A stretch of 64,000 nt of DNA from Aureliella sp. (GCA_963691875.1 OY829846.1:4128001-4192000); one strand, 5' to 3'. Positions 49,959 to 60,818 are shown, counted from the stretch's first letter. Translations and numbers: made by a program. Notes: generated by a model not told the origin, from the letters alone.

Positions 49959-52246
49959 TATGGATTTCCTACGAACTCTTGCGAGCTAAGTAACGCCCAG
50001 AGAAAGTCCTCGAGCCGGCTTTCGATGGCTGTTTGTTGCTGTTCAGTGCTCAGGTCCTCGCGTGTTTTGAATTCTGCTGACCAAAACTCCATCTCAGCTG
50101 AGCTTGGTTGGCGTTGTAGAGCAAGCAGGTAAAACTCGGATATTATATCCAACGCCTGGCTATTAGACTCCTGCCTCAAAAGCCCACCTAATCGCCCGCG
50201 TTTAGCCGAGATGCGATCATTCAGCAGACCGCCGTTGAGCATGTGTAGCTTGGTTGGAAGTCCGCCCGCGACTTCGGCTGAACCTTCGCAGGAATCGGTA
50301 CGATCACAGCGTCCAAGCACGTCCAGCGAACGCGAGGGAGTGCGAGGGTTCATTAAAGCAATCGCCCGTGTTCCCAGCTCCTCGTCTCCGTATTTCTCTG
50401 GCAAGCCTAGGATATCGCTAATGGCGTCAGCAAGAACCTCTGGACCGAGCGGCTCTCGAACAGCGTGTGAATAGAAGCGATCATCGGCGGCATTGCTAAC
50501 TAGCACAGCTGAACTACGCGAATAAGCCTGGCTGCTGGCAATCAGCATGAGTGTGTGTCGAAGGTCGTAGCCGTGTTCAACAAAGTTCTTCGCAAGTTTA
50601 TCAAGCAATTCGGGATGCGTGGCTGGATTCGTAGCTCGCAAATCGTCAACTGGCTCGATCAGCCCGCGACCCATCATGTGCTTCCACAGTCGGTTCACGA
50701 TAGCTTTGGCAAAGTATGGGTTTTCGGTTGCAGTGAGCCAGTCTACTAGCTGCACGCGCTTATCTACCTTGCCGCTTTTCAGAAACTCACCACCCGGGAT
50801 GCGTGGGATTGCTGGTTCTAGCGTTCGCGGATGCGTAACTTCTCCATCAGGCTTGATGGAAACGTTGTCACCCAGGCGCATCTTTGCGAAAATGGCCGCC
50901 AGCCCGTGGTAGTCATGTTGAGTCCATCGGTCGAGCGGATGATTGTGGCAATTGGCGCATCGCATGCGACTGCCCATGAAGAGCTCGCTGAAAAGTTCTG
51001 CTTGTTCCCGAGCGTTGGTAACCGTTCGATAGAAATTGGCGGGCCCTACCTCGCGCGTATTACCTTCCGACAAGACCATTTGCGCTGCAAGTTCCTTGTA
51101 GCTGGTTCCCTTGCGGAGTTGTTCCGCTAACCAAGTGTGGTAGCGGTTCGAGCTGCCGGTACCAAGGCTTGCATCGCGTGCGGTACCAGGGCTGACTCGA
51201 AAGATTTTAGCCAGCTGCAGACTCCAGTATTGGACAAATTCCTCCGACGCGAGTATCCGCTTCAAATACTTAGAGCGGTCGAAAGGCTCTTTGGAACCAG
51301 AGGAAGGCATTCGCTCTGCTCGAAGCGACTCCTCGATCACAAAGGGTAAGCGTCCCGTGAGATCCAGGCTAACGCGGCGTCGGAATGCGTTATCGTCGAT
51401 CGCTTGAGACTTGGGCAGTCCTAAGATGCTGAGTGATCGTTCGATTTCAACGTCAATAAATCCCAATCGCTTGGAGTTCGAACTGGTCTGAGCTGTTTCT
51501 GCCGATGAGTTTAATGGCGTCAGGAGTTCGATCGGCTGTACTTCGGTCAAATAGCGGGCGACGACAATTTGGCGTCCGCGACGGAGGATCTTTGCATTGG
51601 ATTTTTCGTCGATGTCGATTCCCGAATCATCCTCAGGAGTGAACACGGTCCAGCGAGTGACTTCGCGACGAGATCCATCACTGTAGTGAGCAAAGGAGCG
51701 AAGCTGGACCTTGTCATTGATTTGTTCAAAAACATGGCGGCGTGGTTGGACTTCTACGCGTAGCAATTTTCGCTGCGGTTGCTGCTGGGCTCCTTGCCGA
51801 ATCCATTCGAGCAAAAGTCGCTCGTTTTCAGCGCCTTCTTCAATCAAGTAGCCGCCTTCGTGAGTGATCGATTCAGAGGGCTTCAAGTAGATCAGGCTCT
51901 GGTCAGGTCTGAAGAGGTTGACTCGTCTTCCCTCCAGTTCCTGCACAATCGCGTGATAGTCGGCAGCGGGATTACCGCCATAGAGTGACAACTTGAAGCC
52001 GCCGCGTCCAATAGCCGCGCCGTGGCATGCACCAACGTTACAGCCGAGTTTGGTAAAGACTGGAATCAGGTCGTTTTCAAAGTCAACTAGAGTAGGTTCT
52101 TTGGCGGAAAGTGGGAGTGCATGTACACAGAGAAGGGCGAGTGTGAGGCACACGAGGAGTGAGGGTTTGCCTGGGGTCGCGGATTTCAGCCGCGGTGCGT
52201 TAGCCCCGGTTCTAGTGGGTGATGGTTGGCCTGCTGAGTTGAGCAT
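49958..52246 (-). CDS. DUF1549/DUF1553 protein with Ig-like region
   Basis: GCNVGACHG, RRVSLDLTGRLP, CANCHNHP.DRW, VNRLWKH.MGRGL.EPVDD and HPELL motifs. Start uncertain (52246 or 52312). Confidence 0.9.
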   Translation of the reverse strand: MLNSAGQPSPTRTGANAPRLKSATPGKPSLLVCLTLALLCVHALPLSAKEPTLVDFENDLIPVFTKLGCNVGACHGAAIGRGGFKLSLYGGNPAADYHAIVQELEGRRVNLFRPDQSLIYLKPSESITHEGGYLIEEGAENERLLLEWIRQGAQQQPQRKLLRVEVQPRRHVFEQINDKVQLRSFAHYSDGSRREVTRWTVFTPEDDSGIDIDEKSNAKILRRGRQIVVARYLTEVQPIELLTPLNSSAETAQTSSNSKRLGFIDVEIERSLSILGLPKSQAIDDNAFRRRVSLDLTGRLPFVIEESLRAERMPSSGSKEPFDRSKYLKRILASEEFVQYWSLQLAKIFRVSPGTARDASLGTGSSNRYHTWLAEQLRKGTSYKELAAQMVLSEGNTREVGPANFYRTVTNAREQAELFSELFMGSRMRCANCHNHPLDRWTQHDYHGLAAIFAKMRLGDNVSIKPDGEVTHPRTLEPAIPRIPGGEFLKSGKVDKRVQLVDWLTATENPYFAKAIVNRLWKHMMGRGLIEPVDDLRATNPATHPELLDKLAKNFVEHGYDLRHTLMLIASSQAYSRSSAVLVSNAADDRFYSHAVREPLGPEVLADAISDILGLPEKYGDEELGTRAIALMNPRTPSRSLDVLGRCDRTDSCEGSAEVAGGLPTKLHMLNGGLLNDRISAKRGRLGGLLRQESNSQALDIISEFYLLALQRQPSSAEMEFWSAEFKTREDLSTEQQQTAIESRLEDFLWALLSSQEFVGNP

Positions 52247-52340
52247 GAGATAATTTTGTGTTTGATGTGGAAGGTAGATCCGAAACAAATCTGTTCGCAT
52301 ATGGATTTCCATTGAATCGGAGCTAACGCTCAGCGGCTAA
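52186..52340. repeat. REP-like inverted doublet (AGCCG..GCGTTAGCCCCGGTT family)
   Basis: 52186-52212 and 52314-52340 are inverted copies matching at 22/27. Related arms occur near 47586-47650. Confidence 0.7.
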
Positions 52341-52350
52341 AGTTGTGAGC

Positions 52351-53802
52351 TTACGTCTTGGTGTCCCCATATTTTGCCGCGCGATCGCGTTCGTGCAAAG
52401 TTCGATCTTTGTATCGGCCAGGGCGATGGGGCGTGTGGCTTGTCTTCGCGATCTCGATCATCTTCTGGACCAAGTCCGCTTGCTCCTCGGCCAAGTCTTT
52501 CGATTCATTCAGGTCAGTGCTGAGATCGTATAGTTCCCAGGCATCGCCCTTCCTAGCTTGAATTCCTTTCCAGTTGCCAATCCGAACAGCAACTTGATTC
52601 TGGTGCTCCCAGTACAAGAATTCGTGTTCTTCCTGAGTGCGGCCAACTGCTTCTTCGCCAACGATGGTGGGCAGAATCGAGAGACCGTCAACTTCTTTCG
52701 GCACGGATGCACCGGCGAGCTCTGCTAGCGTTGGGAATACGTCAGCTTGGTAACAAAGCAGATCGGAAACTTGGTTTTCTGCGATCCTGCCCGGCCAGCG
52801 AACGATGAAGGGAATCCTCAAGCCGCCCTCGTACAAATTTCCTTTGCCGCCGCGAAATGCGACGCCTGTCTTCGGGTTGACATTCGGTCCAAAGAAACCT
52901 CTCGGATGTTTCTTGCTCTTGAAGCGATCTTGTCCCCCGTTGTCACCGGTAAAGAAGACGATCGTGTTGTCTTCTAAATCCAGTTCTTTCAGTAAGTCCA
53001 AGACTTGACCGACGTTGTTGTCGACCATGGTAACCATTGCCGCGTAGTTCTTGGTGTCTTGCGAAATCGACTCGTCCTTTACCCAAGCATCGTCCTCGTA
53101 CTGTTTCCAGGCTGGGTCATCCGCAGGAATGTCATACATCCCGTGAGGCGGTGTGATGGGGAAATAGCAGAAAAAGGGGCGGTCTTTGTTTTCGCGGATG
53201 AACTTTAGGCCTTCACGCATGATCTCGTAGTGCGTGTAGGTTTCGCCTTTGCGACCACCGAGATTCTTTGGCAGCGGAACTTCTTTACTTTGGCGAATTA
53301 AGTATGGCGGGAAGAACGAGTGTGCGTGCACTTGATCGTAGTAACCAAAGAAATCATCAAAGCCGTGATTCTCCGGTACCCCATCGGAGCCTCGACCGCC
53401 AATGCCCCATTTGCCGTAGCCGCCCGTTGCGTAGCCAGCATCCTGAAGCGCCTGAGCGATGGTGACTTCGTCGCTGCGTAGCGAACATGCAGGGCCGTTG
53501 CCGCGGACAGAAGCGTGTCCCATATGTTTTCCTGTCATCAGCCCGCAGCGGAGTGAGGCACAAACGGGTGACACTGCAAGAGCTTGTGTGAAACGGAGGC
53601 CTTGCTTGGCCATCTCATCGATGCGCGGCGAGTGGATATAAGGATTGCCAACGTGACCCAGCTCAAAGTATGCCAGCTCGTCGGACATGATGAAGACGAT
53701 GTTGGGAGGACGTTTTCCTTCGTCGTTCTCCGCCGAGTATGCTGGCAAAGCAAGGAAGAGAAGCAGGTAAATCTTCGGGATTAAAAAGCGGTGCATGGTC
53801 AT
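52351..53802 (-). CDS. arylsulfatase (formylglycine-dependent S1 family)
   Basis: Signal peptide, PNIVFIMSDELAY, SPVCASLRCGLMTG, GYATGGYGKW, DNG and YEGGLRIP motifs. Confidence 0.93.
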   Translation of the reverse strand: MTMHRFLIPKIYLLLFLALPAYSAENDEGKRPPNIVFIMSDELAYFELGHVGNPYIHSPRIDEMAKQGLRFTQALAVSPVCASLRCGLMTGKHMGHASVRGNGPACSLRSDEVTIAQALQDAGYATGGYGKWGIGGRGSDGVPENHGFDDFFGYYDQVHAHSFFPPYLIRQSKEVPLPKNLGGRKGETYTHYEIMREGLKFIRENKDRPFFCYFPITPPHGMYDIPADDPAWKQYEDDAWVKDESISQDTKNYAAMVTMVDNNVGQVLDLLKELDLEDNTIVFFTGDNGGQDRFKSKKHPRGFFGPNVNPKTGVAFRGGKGNLYEGGLRIPFIVRWPGRIAENQVSDLLCYQADVFPTLAELAGASVPKEVDGLSILPTIVGEEAVGRTQEEHEFLYWEHQNQVAVRIGNWKGIQARKGDAWELYDLSTDLNESKDLAEEQADLVQKMIEIAKTSHTPHRPGRYKDRTLHERDRAAKYGDTKT

Positions 53803-54178
53803 TTGCGATGGTGGTGGTTTGCGATTTTCAACGTGGCTTGTGAGGTGGATACCTGGCAAATAAAGATCGTGGAGTTTGTGCAAGGATTCGACAAAAGTCA
53901 CGCAAAGAGGGCGTGGGAGCGATTGACGGGTCTGGCTGGTCCTCTGAGACTGCTGTGTGGGGCTGATTCTGACTTTTAGTGATCGCTCGATCATACCAGC
54001 GCTCACATTCAGCATAACTGAGGCGAGCCATTGCCGCTGGCGGGAATTCGTCGTCGGAATGAATGTCCAAGACTAAAATGCAACTTCCTGGCCTTTGGCG
54101 GGTTAACAAATGATGTGTCGTAGTAAATACGACTAGTGTCTAGACTTTGGATGGGTTCGGCTTCAGGTGGGGACTAAA

Positions 54179-55105
54179 ATGCGTTACTTCGCTCAATTCT
54201 TGTTGTTCGTATGTGTTTTGTCTCCCTCGGGCTGGGCCGAGACGCGAGAGTGGAGTTGCCCCGCAGGAAAATTTAAAGTTACCGGTGAAGCCATTGCTTT
54301 CAGCGACGACATGGTGGTGCTGAAGAAGAAGTCCGGTGAGCTCATCGCTCTTGAACTCGAGCAGCTTTGCGACGCGGATAAAAAATTTGTAGCTGAGCAA
54401 CAGAAAGAAGAGGGAAAACAGGAAAAGAAGCCGGAAGAGATGCACACTTGGACGACCAAGGATGGCTTGAAAGTCCGCGGTCAAGTTGTCTCCTACGGCC
54501 AAAAGGAGCTTGTCATTGAGCGTAAACGCGGCAAAGTCGTCGTAGATGGCGATTCCTTTGAGGACATCGATTCTTTGCATCAAGGAGTACTTCTCAGAAT
54601 TCTGTCTCGTCTAGAGAAGACTAAGCTCTCTGACCAGAAGAGCCTTGAAGAGTGGGCGCGAAAGAAAGTCAAAGGCACGCCGAAGAAATTCGAGCTGAGT
54701 GGGGTGCTGATGCGGCTTGAAAGTGGTGACATGGTGGGGATGCCCTTCTTCATGTTTGATCCCAAAGAGCTTGAGATTCTGAAGCCAGGTTGGGAGTTAT
54801 GGTTAGAAAAGAAGGAAAGCGAGGAGGCCCGCAAGCGCGAAGACTTCTTGATGCGAACGCAAGCCATGGCCTATCAACGCGATCGTGCTATCAGTCAGAA
54901 GATTGAGATGGTCAAACTTGACCTGCTTGGTGCAACTGCTGGTGTGGTCGATATCTGGCAGGTCAGCCTAGTGCCTCGCCCTGGTGTTCGGGCACGGCCG
55001 TTCAGCGTTATGGTAACCGCTGATAATAATGTCATCGCGCAACAGATCGCTCAGAAGAATTATCCGAAGTTTGTAGTAGGTGGGACGCGCCGCGCCAGCC
55101 GCTAA
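54179..55105 (+). CDS. SHD1-domain secreted protein
   Basis: Signal peptide, REWS...GKF.V.G...VVLKK.SG..I....L...D..F, and a second SHD1-like HTWTTKDG. Confidence 0.8.
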   Translation: MRYFAQFLLFVCVLSPSGWAETREWSCPAGKFKVTGEAIAFSDDMVVLKKKSGELIALELEQLCDADKKFVAEQQKEEGKQEKKPEEMHTWTTKDGLKVRGQVVSYGQKELVIERKRGKVVVDGDSFEDIDSLHQGVLLRILSRLEKTKLSDQKSLEEWARKKVKGTPKKFELSGVLMRLESGDMVGMPFFMFDPKELEILKPGWELWLEKKESEEARKREDFLMRTQAMAYQRDRAISQKIEMVKLDLLGATAGVVDIWQVSLVPRPGVRARPFSVMVTADNNVIAQQIAQKNYPKFVVGGTRRASR

Positions 55106-55191
55106 CGTTTTGGATGCGCCCTAGCTTGTAGACGTGACGCCGCAATCGTCGATATCGGTATGCCAGAGATTGATGGCTTAAAGGTAGCTCG

Positions 55192-55965
55192 TTCAACTCG
55201 GCAGGATTCTCAGCCGGATCACACTTATCTCATTGCTAATAAAACGGACCATACTCTTGATCCCCAATAGCGGAGATTTGAAGGCGTGCGAGGTTCGGTA
55301 CAAAATGCTTTACAGCGCTCCGTGCGTGCGTTCCAGAGAATGTTCTGTTTCTAAACGTCCTTGGTAATCTCTGCCAACGCTTTGGGCCATCAAACAGCTG
55401 CAGAATCCTACAAGAAATGCCTTCGAAATCACGAGAACTAGGACGGCCATGGAGACGGCGCTAACGCTGCGTTCTACCGCGGGTTCAAATTCCACCGAGT
55501 TGCGATTGAAGCCCGCTACCTTAGCCAGCTGTATGGTGACGAGCTTCTTGCGCGATCGACTACCGGATTCAAACTGGTAGAGAGCGGCGAGTGTTTCATC
55601 GGCCAGCGCGATGTATTCTTAACAGATGGTGACAGCACTGGAGGTCCCACGTCTGAATTGACCATGCGTTTCATCAAGCCAAGAATTTCGATGCAATCCG
55701 CGTGTTGTTAACGTACCAGAACGAGTTCGTTCCGGAGTTCATCAACCGGTTGATTTGCGCTATCGCGAAAACTTCGGAGTTCATTGCTGAAGGAGTAGTT
55801 GTGCTTGAGTTGCAGCATGTTGAGCTCGTGCGTCTTGGCCCACTTTGTAATATCAATTGCTCCGACAACTGCAAAGATAGCTGAGACCACGATCATGATG
55901 CTCAGCAGCCGCAGCCGCGACGCAACGGTCCATTTTTCTTTGAATGGCAATTCTCTAACCTGCAT
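55192..55965 (-). pseudogene. decayed membrane sensor histidine kinase remnant
   Basis: TM, periplasmic region and TM fragments broken by stops and a frameshift, then an H-box-like YRTSHAFKSPLLGIKSM in frame after the TAA at 55310. No ATPase domain remains. Confidence 0.7.
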
Positions 55966-56189
55966 TGAATTGGCCGGACTTGGAGATTTGCATTAATTGG
56001 CTTCAAGCCTGTTGGAAACTGGAATTCGTTTGCTTGACATATCACTACCCCTAGTAGCAGCACTTTTGGTGGCAGGCGGAGCGGAATGACTTGATTGCGT
56101 CAGTCGGAAAGCACGGCTGGTGGAAAACCCGAACCAATGAGATACTTTGACAGCGTTTTCTAGCCCTGTTCCCAACCAGAGTTCAATCC

Positions 56190-56915
56190 ATGCAAATCTG
56201 GCCCGCAATTGATCTACTTGGCGGCAAGTGTGTACGGCTCCAGCAAGGCGACTACCAGCGAGAGACGGTGTTTTCTGATTCGCCAGTAGAAATGGCGCTG
56301 CGTTGGAAAGAAGCTGGCACCAAGTACTTGCACTTAGTCGATCTCGATGGGGCCAAGGATGGTAGCCAGGTGAACGGTGAGGTCATTCGGCAGATAGTCG
56401 CCGGATCTGGCTTAATCTGCCAAGTCGGCGGAGGGGTTCGAAATGAAGAAACGATTCAGCGACTGCTTAGTCTCGGGCTGAATCGCGTGATTGTAGGCAC
56501 GCGAGCATTGCGTGAACCGGAATGGTTTGCGAAGATGGCCGACAAGTATCCGAAACAATTGGTTCTTGGTATCGATGCTCGCGATGGCATGGTCGCTACC
56601 GAGGGCTGGCTTGAAACCTCCTCGACCAGCTCCGTTTCGCTTGCCCAGCAGATCGCCGGGCAGACAGACCAAGTCGCCGCGATCGTCTACACCGATATTG
56701 CCCGCGACGGCATGCTTTCGGGTCCCAACTTCGAGCAGCTCGAAGAAATGAAGTCGGCTACTGCGATTCCCATCGTTGCTTCCGGCGGTGTGACCACGCT
56801 GGATGACATCATGCAGTTGAGTGCATCTAATACTCACGCCGCTATCATCGGCCGAGCTATCTATGACGGGAACCTTGATCTGGTTGATGTCCTGAACACT
56901 TGCCCGCAAGGCTAA
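56190..56915 (+). CDS. hisA: ProFAR isomerase HisA
   Basis: PAIDL.GGKCVRL.QG, LHLVDLDGA, QVGGG.R, YTDIARDGML.GPN and ASGGV motifs. Confidence 0.98.
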   Translation: MQIWPAIDLLGGKCVRLQQGDYQRETVFSDSPVEMALRWKEAGTKYLHLVDLDGAKDGSQVNGEVIRQIVAGSGLICQVGGGVRNEETIQRLLSLGLNRVIVGTRALREPEWFAKMADKYPKQLVLGIDARDGMVATEGWLETSSTSSVSLAQQIAGQTDQVAAIVYTDIARDGMLSGPNFEQLEEMKSATAIPIVASGGVTTLDDIMQLSASNTHAAIIGRAIYDGNLDLVDVLNTCPQG

Positions 56916-56957
56916 CGGCTTCGCTGGAGTGCTGAAGCCAGCATTCAACGAAGTGAT

Positions 56958-58241
56958 CTACTTGTTGTTTGGTATTTGCAATGGTGTGTCTAGGTCGTTG
57001 GTGTATTTTTCAAGGAACAGAGTGAATTCAGACTTGGCTTGAGATAGGGCTTGCTGAGTCGCAGCTCCATGTTGCATCGCCAAGTCGACTCGGTCCGCTG
57101 CACCGGGGAGCAATTTCGAGATGAGATCGACGGCTTGTTTGACCTGAGGATCTTGCTTGAGTTGAGCGACATCACCGACTGCTTGCTGATTCACATTGGA
57201 AGTCGAAGTGTTGTTTCTGAGTTCGAACCAGTTTCCTGGCTCTTCCATGACAAAGAAATGGCTGTGAACTTTGACACTCGAGGAAGTCATGCTTTGCTCC
57301 AGGCGAACAACGAAGACCCCACGAAAACCATCTTTTTCTGCTTCGGTTGTGATCTTCTTTGACCAGCTCTTGTTCTCGCGATCCTTCTTGAACTTCTGAA
57401 ACTCAGGCAGACCCAAGTCGATACCCACTTGAGTTATTGCGTTAGCGCCACCGCGTGCCAAGAGTTGTGCTGCTAAAGCTGTCATGTCGACCTGTTCATC
57501 AAGACGAAGCAGAGTCGAGCCGGTTCCCTGGTACTCGAGTGGCTCTCGCATGTGGTACTCAAGAATTGCTTTTCGCGCAGCCCATTCTTTCTCTGACTGT
57601 GTAACGCTCTTCGGCAGCTCGTCAGCCAAGTCGACTTGTTGCTCGGTCCATTTTTTATCCGCTTCAGCAAGACGCTTTCGAAGAATGGATGCGGGTGTGG
57701 TGACGATGTTTTCGATGCCCCGGCCATAGGCGATGCCGGCCACAAAACGGTTGTTGCGACTAGCTTGTTTGAGATCCTGGATTTCATCCAGTTCGAGGTG
57801 GAACAGCATGAACAAGGCGTCGTTGGGTTCGTTGCTGTTGTCATCGGACGCAAACTCGATCTTGTCTCTTTTGTACTTTAAGAATCGCACCAGACCTTCG
57901 CTTTTCGGGTCGTCTTTCCGTTCGTCAATCCACTGATCAATTCGCTCGAGCAGCACTTTGCCGGTCTGCTTTCGTTCCTTCTGTTCTCTTGTTGATTCTC
58001 GTTCAAACAGTTTCGGGTGCGTCTGTTTGAGCCATTTGCGCTCGACCGCAAAGGTTACTAGGCCATCCTCATTCTTGCCAAGCGAGAATCCATATAGTTT
58101 TTCGCCAGAGGTAAGAAGTAAGTAATCAACTCCCAGTCGTTGGTGTTTCACTGTGGGCAGTTGGGCGAATCCAGCTGTGGTAATACAGGACCAGCATGCT
58201 AATAAGAGGCAACCGAATCGAGTAGTGCGATGAACCTGCAT
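56958..58241 (-). CDS. hypothetical secreted protein
   Basis: Long ORF with a signal peptide ending AGFA. Start taken at the ATG at 58241. Confidence 0.7.
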   Translation of the reverse strand: MQVHRTTRFGCLLLACWSCITTAGFAQLPTVKHQRLGVDYLLLTSGEKLYGFSLGKNEDGLVTFAVERKWLKQTHPKLFERESTREQKERKQTGKVLLERIDQWIDERKDDPKSEGLVRFLKYKRDKIEFASDDNSNEPNDALFMLFHLELDEIQDLKQASRNNRFVAGIAYGRGIENIVTTPASILRKRLAEADKKWTEQQVDLADELPKSVTQSEKEWAARKAILEYHMREPLEYQGTGSTLLRLDEQVDMTALAAQLLARGGANAITQVGIDLGLPEFQKFKKDRENKSWSKKITTEAEKDGFRGVFVVRLEQSMTSSSVKVHSHFFVMEEPGNWFELRNNTSTSNVNQQAVGDVAQLKQDPQVKQAVDLISKLLPGAADRVDLAMQHGAATQQALSQAKSEFTLFLEKYTNDLDTPLQIPNNK

Positions 58242-58408
58242 GGCTAAGATCCGATATGAAACATGATGAATCATAACCCGAAGCGTGAGCAAGGAAAGTC
58301 GGCTATGCCCAAGCATGCCGGCGCCTGTGGCTGGGCGTTAAACAGCTGGCCGATTCGCCCATGTCTTAATTCACTCACTTGCGCATCGTACTTATATTAT
58401 AGGCTTGA

Positions 58409-59443
58409 TTAGCGATCGAGTTGCTGTACTTTTTTTTCTGCCTGTGACTTAGCGGCTTGCCATACTTGCTCTAGCGACACAGCTGCGCCGTCTCGTTGTT
58501 TGGACACATCGGCAGCTTGCATGAAAGCGAAAATCTCCAGGGTCTCTTTCGGGCTGACTGGAGCGTCCCCGCCCGCAAAGAACTTACCGATCTCAACAAC
58601 TAAAGGTGCGTAGCCTTCGTACTTCGCACTTCCGTCTATCCCCATACTTCCGAAAACTTGCATTCCGTATCCCGACTTTCCACTTCGAACTCCACGAAAA
58701 GTTCCGATGCGGCCGTCTTCCCAAGTCCCTATTACCAATTCAAAGTCAGCTTGATGAATGCGACTTACACTTTTGCAGCCGGTTCCCATTGCGGTGTAAA
58801 GTGTTTCGACTCCGTGAACGCCGTACCAATTCAAATCCGTGTGTGTTTTCTCCAAAGCGCAGGGACTCCATGCTGAAGCACCCAAGACCTCGCCCACACT
58901 CGGCACACCCTGGCGGAATTTCAGGATGCTGGGGCTGAAGCGAAGAGAAGAACTGCTGAACCAACGTGCTTTGTATTTTTGGGCGAGCAAATCGATCGTG
59001 ATAGCATCGGTTAGATCGGCCGCTAATGGCTTGTCGATAAACACGGGCTTTCCCGCTCGGAATACAGGAACGACTTGAGGCAAGTGTTTGCGACCGTCCA
59101 CGCTTTCTAGTAGCACTGCATCGACTTGTTCCAGTAGCTCATCGATCGAATCGACGATCTCAATGCCCAGGCCGCGCAGCTCCTCGGTGAACTTGCCGAC
59201 GCGATCACGACTGGAAGCAATGTCGGGGCTGCCACCAGGAAAGGCAGCGGTGACTCGCATGTTTGCCAAGGGCCCCGTGGCATCGTTGGCATTGATTAAT
59301 TTCGTGAAGGCAGGGCAGTGTGATGTGTCTAGGCCAATGATGCCGATACGAATTGTTTGTGGCTTGTCAGAAGTCTGCGCGAATGCGAAAGCAGCTTGAA
59401 AGCCGAGTAGGATGAGAGAGGAAAACGATCTTAAGGTGAACAT
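58409..59443 (-). CDS. Gfo/Idh/MocA family oxidoreductase with signal peptide
   Basis: IGIIGLDTSH, VFIDKPLA, SSSSLRF and WYGVHGVE motifs. Confidence 0.9.
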   Translation of the reverse strand: MFTLRSFSSLILLGFQAAFAFAQTSDKPQTIRIGIIGLDTSHCPAFTKLINANDATGPLANMRVTAAFPGGSPDIASSRDRVGKFTEELRGLGIEIVDSIDELLEQVDAVLLESVDGRKHLPQVVPVFRAGKPVFIDKPLAADLTDAITIDLLAQKYKARWFSSSSLRFSPSILKFRQGVPSVGEVLGASAWSPCALEKTHTDLNWYGVHGVETLYTAMGTGCKSVSRIHQADFELVIGTWEDGRIGTFRGVRSGKSGYGMQVFGSMGIDGSAKYEGYAPLVVEIGKFFAGGDAPVSPKETLEIFAFMQAADVSKQRDGAAVSLEQVWQAAKSQAEKKVQQLDR

Positions 59444-59642
59444 GAGTTATCTAAACGAATAATAGGAAGACAGGTTGCTGTTCGTTCTTGGGGTGGTCTC
59501 TATCCATTCGCGGCTATCACCACAACGCTTCCATTGTTGAGGAAGAGTGACTAGCGGCAAACGGCGAGTGGTCAAAACGTCGGTTCTCGAATTGGCGCAA
59601 TCGCCTAAGATGATTGTTAAGGATACTCGATTTGGAACGCCG

Positions 59643-60818
59643 ATGAGCACTCAACCTACTGAACACGCGCTACAAGACCAATTGTTGGAATTGCTGACTG
59701 GCGATTCACGCCGTTTTCGCATGCAAGCACTGCACTTGCTTAGCGAGGCATACTGTGACTCGCCGCGAGTTGTTGAACAGGTATTCTTAGCTTGGGAAAA
59801 ACTGGAACCAGCCGAAGCATTTCCTGAGTTCCCGATGCTTTCCTTCTTGCCAATTCCAGCAGGCCAAATCGTCGCTTGCTGCGAAAGAGCCCAGGCGATG
59901 GCCGCTGATCGTAAGCTGACCGATCCCAGCGCAAGAGCGGGTGGCAAGCTGTTGGAGCAACTCATTCGCTTGCCAGCCAAAGATCTGGGGCCGCATTTGG
60001 AACGGCTGGAACAAGTGAAAGCGTCGAGCAAGATCTTCTTTCGCGTCGATCTCGTCCAAGTTCGCGATCGTCTTCAGCTTGCAGACTGCTCGGCAGATCA
60101 GTGCGCCGCCGTTCTGAATAATTCGGTTGCAGAGCTCGCTGAAAGCAACCAGAACCCACGTGTCTTCTCTCAGGGGCTGGCTGCCTTGGAGGCGTTGAGG
60201 ACCTATCATCCAGATTACATTGATCTGAATTCAGTACTCAAAGCTCCGGTTCCGATGAAGCAAGATCATGCTTCGGCTGAAGCTGAGAAGCCGATCAATC
60301 CAAGCCTGCGTTTGACGCTGCAGAGTTTGTGCGAAAAAGCACACGCGGGCACCGAGTCGTGGATTGGAGAATTCCTGGTCAGTGATCAAGAGGCGGTTTT
60401 CTCTGTCGCGGTTGATTCACTAGTACGTTCTGGCTCTCGTTTCGCGGCAGAGCAGCTGCTAGAGAAAGTGGATATGGTAGATGGCGACAATCGTAAGTGG
60501 ATCGCACGTGGACTGCAGCGGTTGCAACTTCCTGGATTGGCTTCTGGCATCGCCGCATGCCGCGACCAGTGTCGTGACCCTTACGTCTGGTTGATGCTGC
60601 TGATTGCCGAAGTCCGGCAGTTACAGCTTGATAGTTTTGATCGCATTGCTTTCGATTTGAGTCGGCTGCAGTCGCCTTCCGAAGTATTGGCGGACGCACT
60701 GGCGATGTACCTGCATGTGCATTCCGCCGCCGTGAACTTTGGTGACATGCGGCTTGTCATAGAAGATTACTTCAGAAAGTCAGGCTTGGACGTGGCTCAT
60801 CTGGAACTACCCGAATAG
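59643..60818 (+). CDS. hypothetical alpha-helical (HEAT-like) protein
   Basis: Long Leu/Ala-rich ORF ending 11 bp upstream of the Mo oxidoreductase. Confidence 0.65.
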   Translation: MSTQPTEHALQDQLLELLTGDSRRFRMQALHLLSEAYCDSPRVVEQVFLAWEKLEPAEAFPEFPMLSFLPIPAGQIVACCERAQAMAADRKLTDPSARAGGKLLEQLIRLPAKDLGPHLERLEQVKASSKIFFRVDLVQVRDRLQLADCSADQCAAVLNNSVAELAESNQNPRVFSQGLAALEALRTYHPDYIDLNSVLKAPVPMKQDHASAEAEKPINPSLRLTLQSLCEKAHAGTESWIGEFLVSDQEAVFSVAVDSLVRSGSRFAAEQLLEKVDMVDGDNRKWIARGLQRLQLPGLASGIAACRDQCRDPYVWLMLLIAEVRQLQLDSFDRIAFDLSRLQSPSEVLADALAMYLHVHSAAVNFGDMRLVIEDYFRKSGLDVAHLELPE

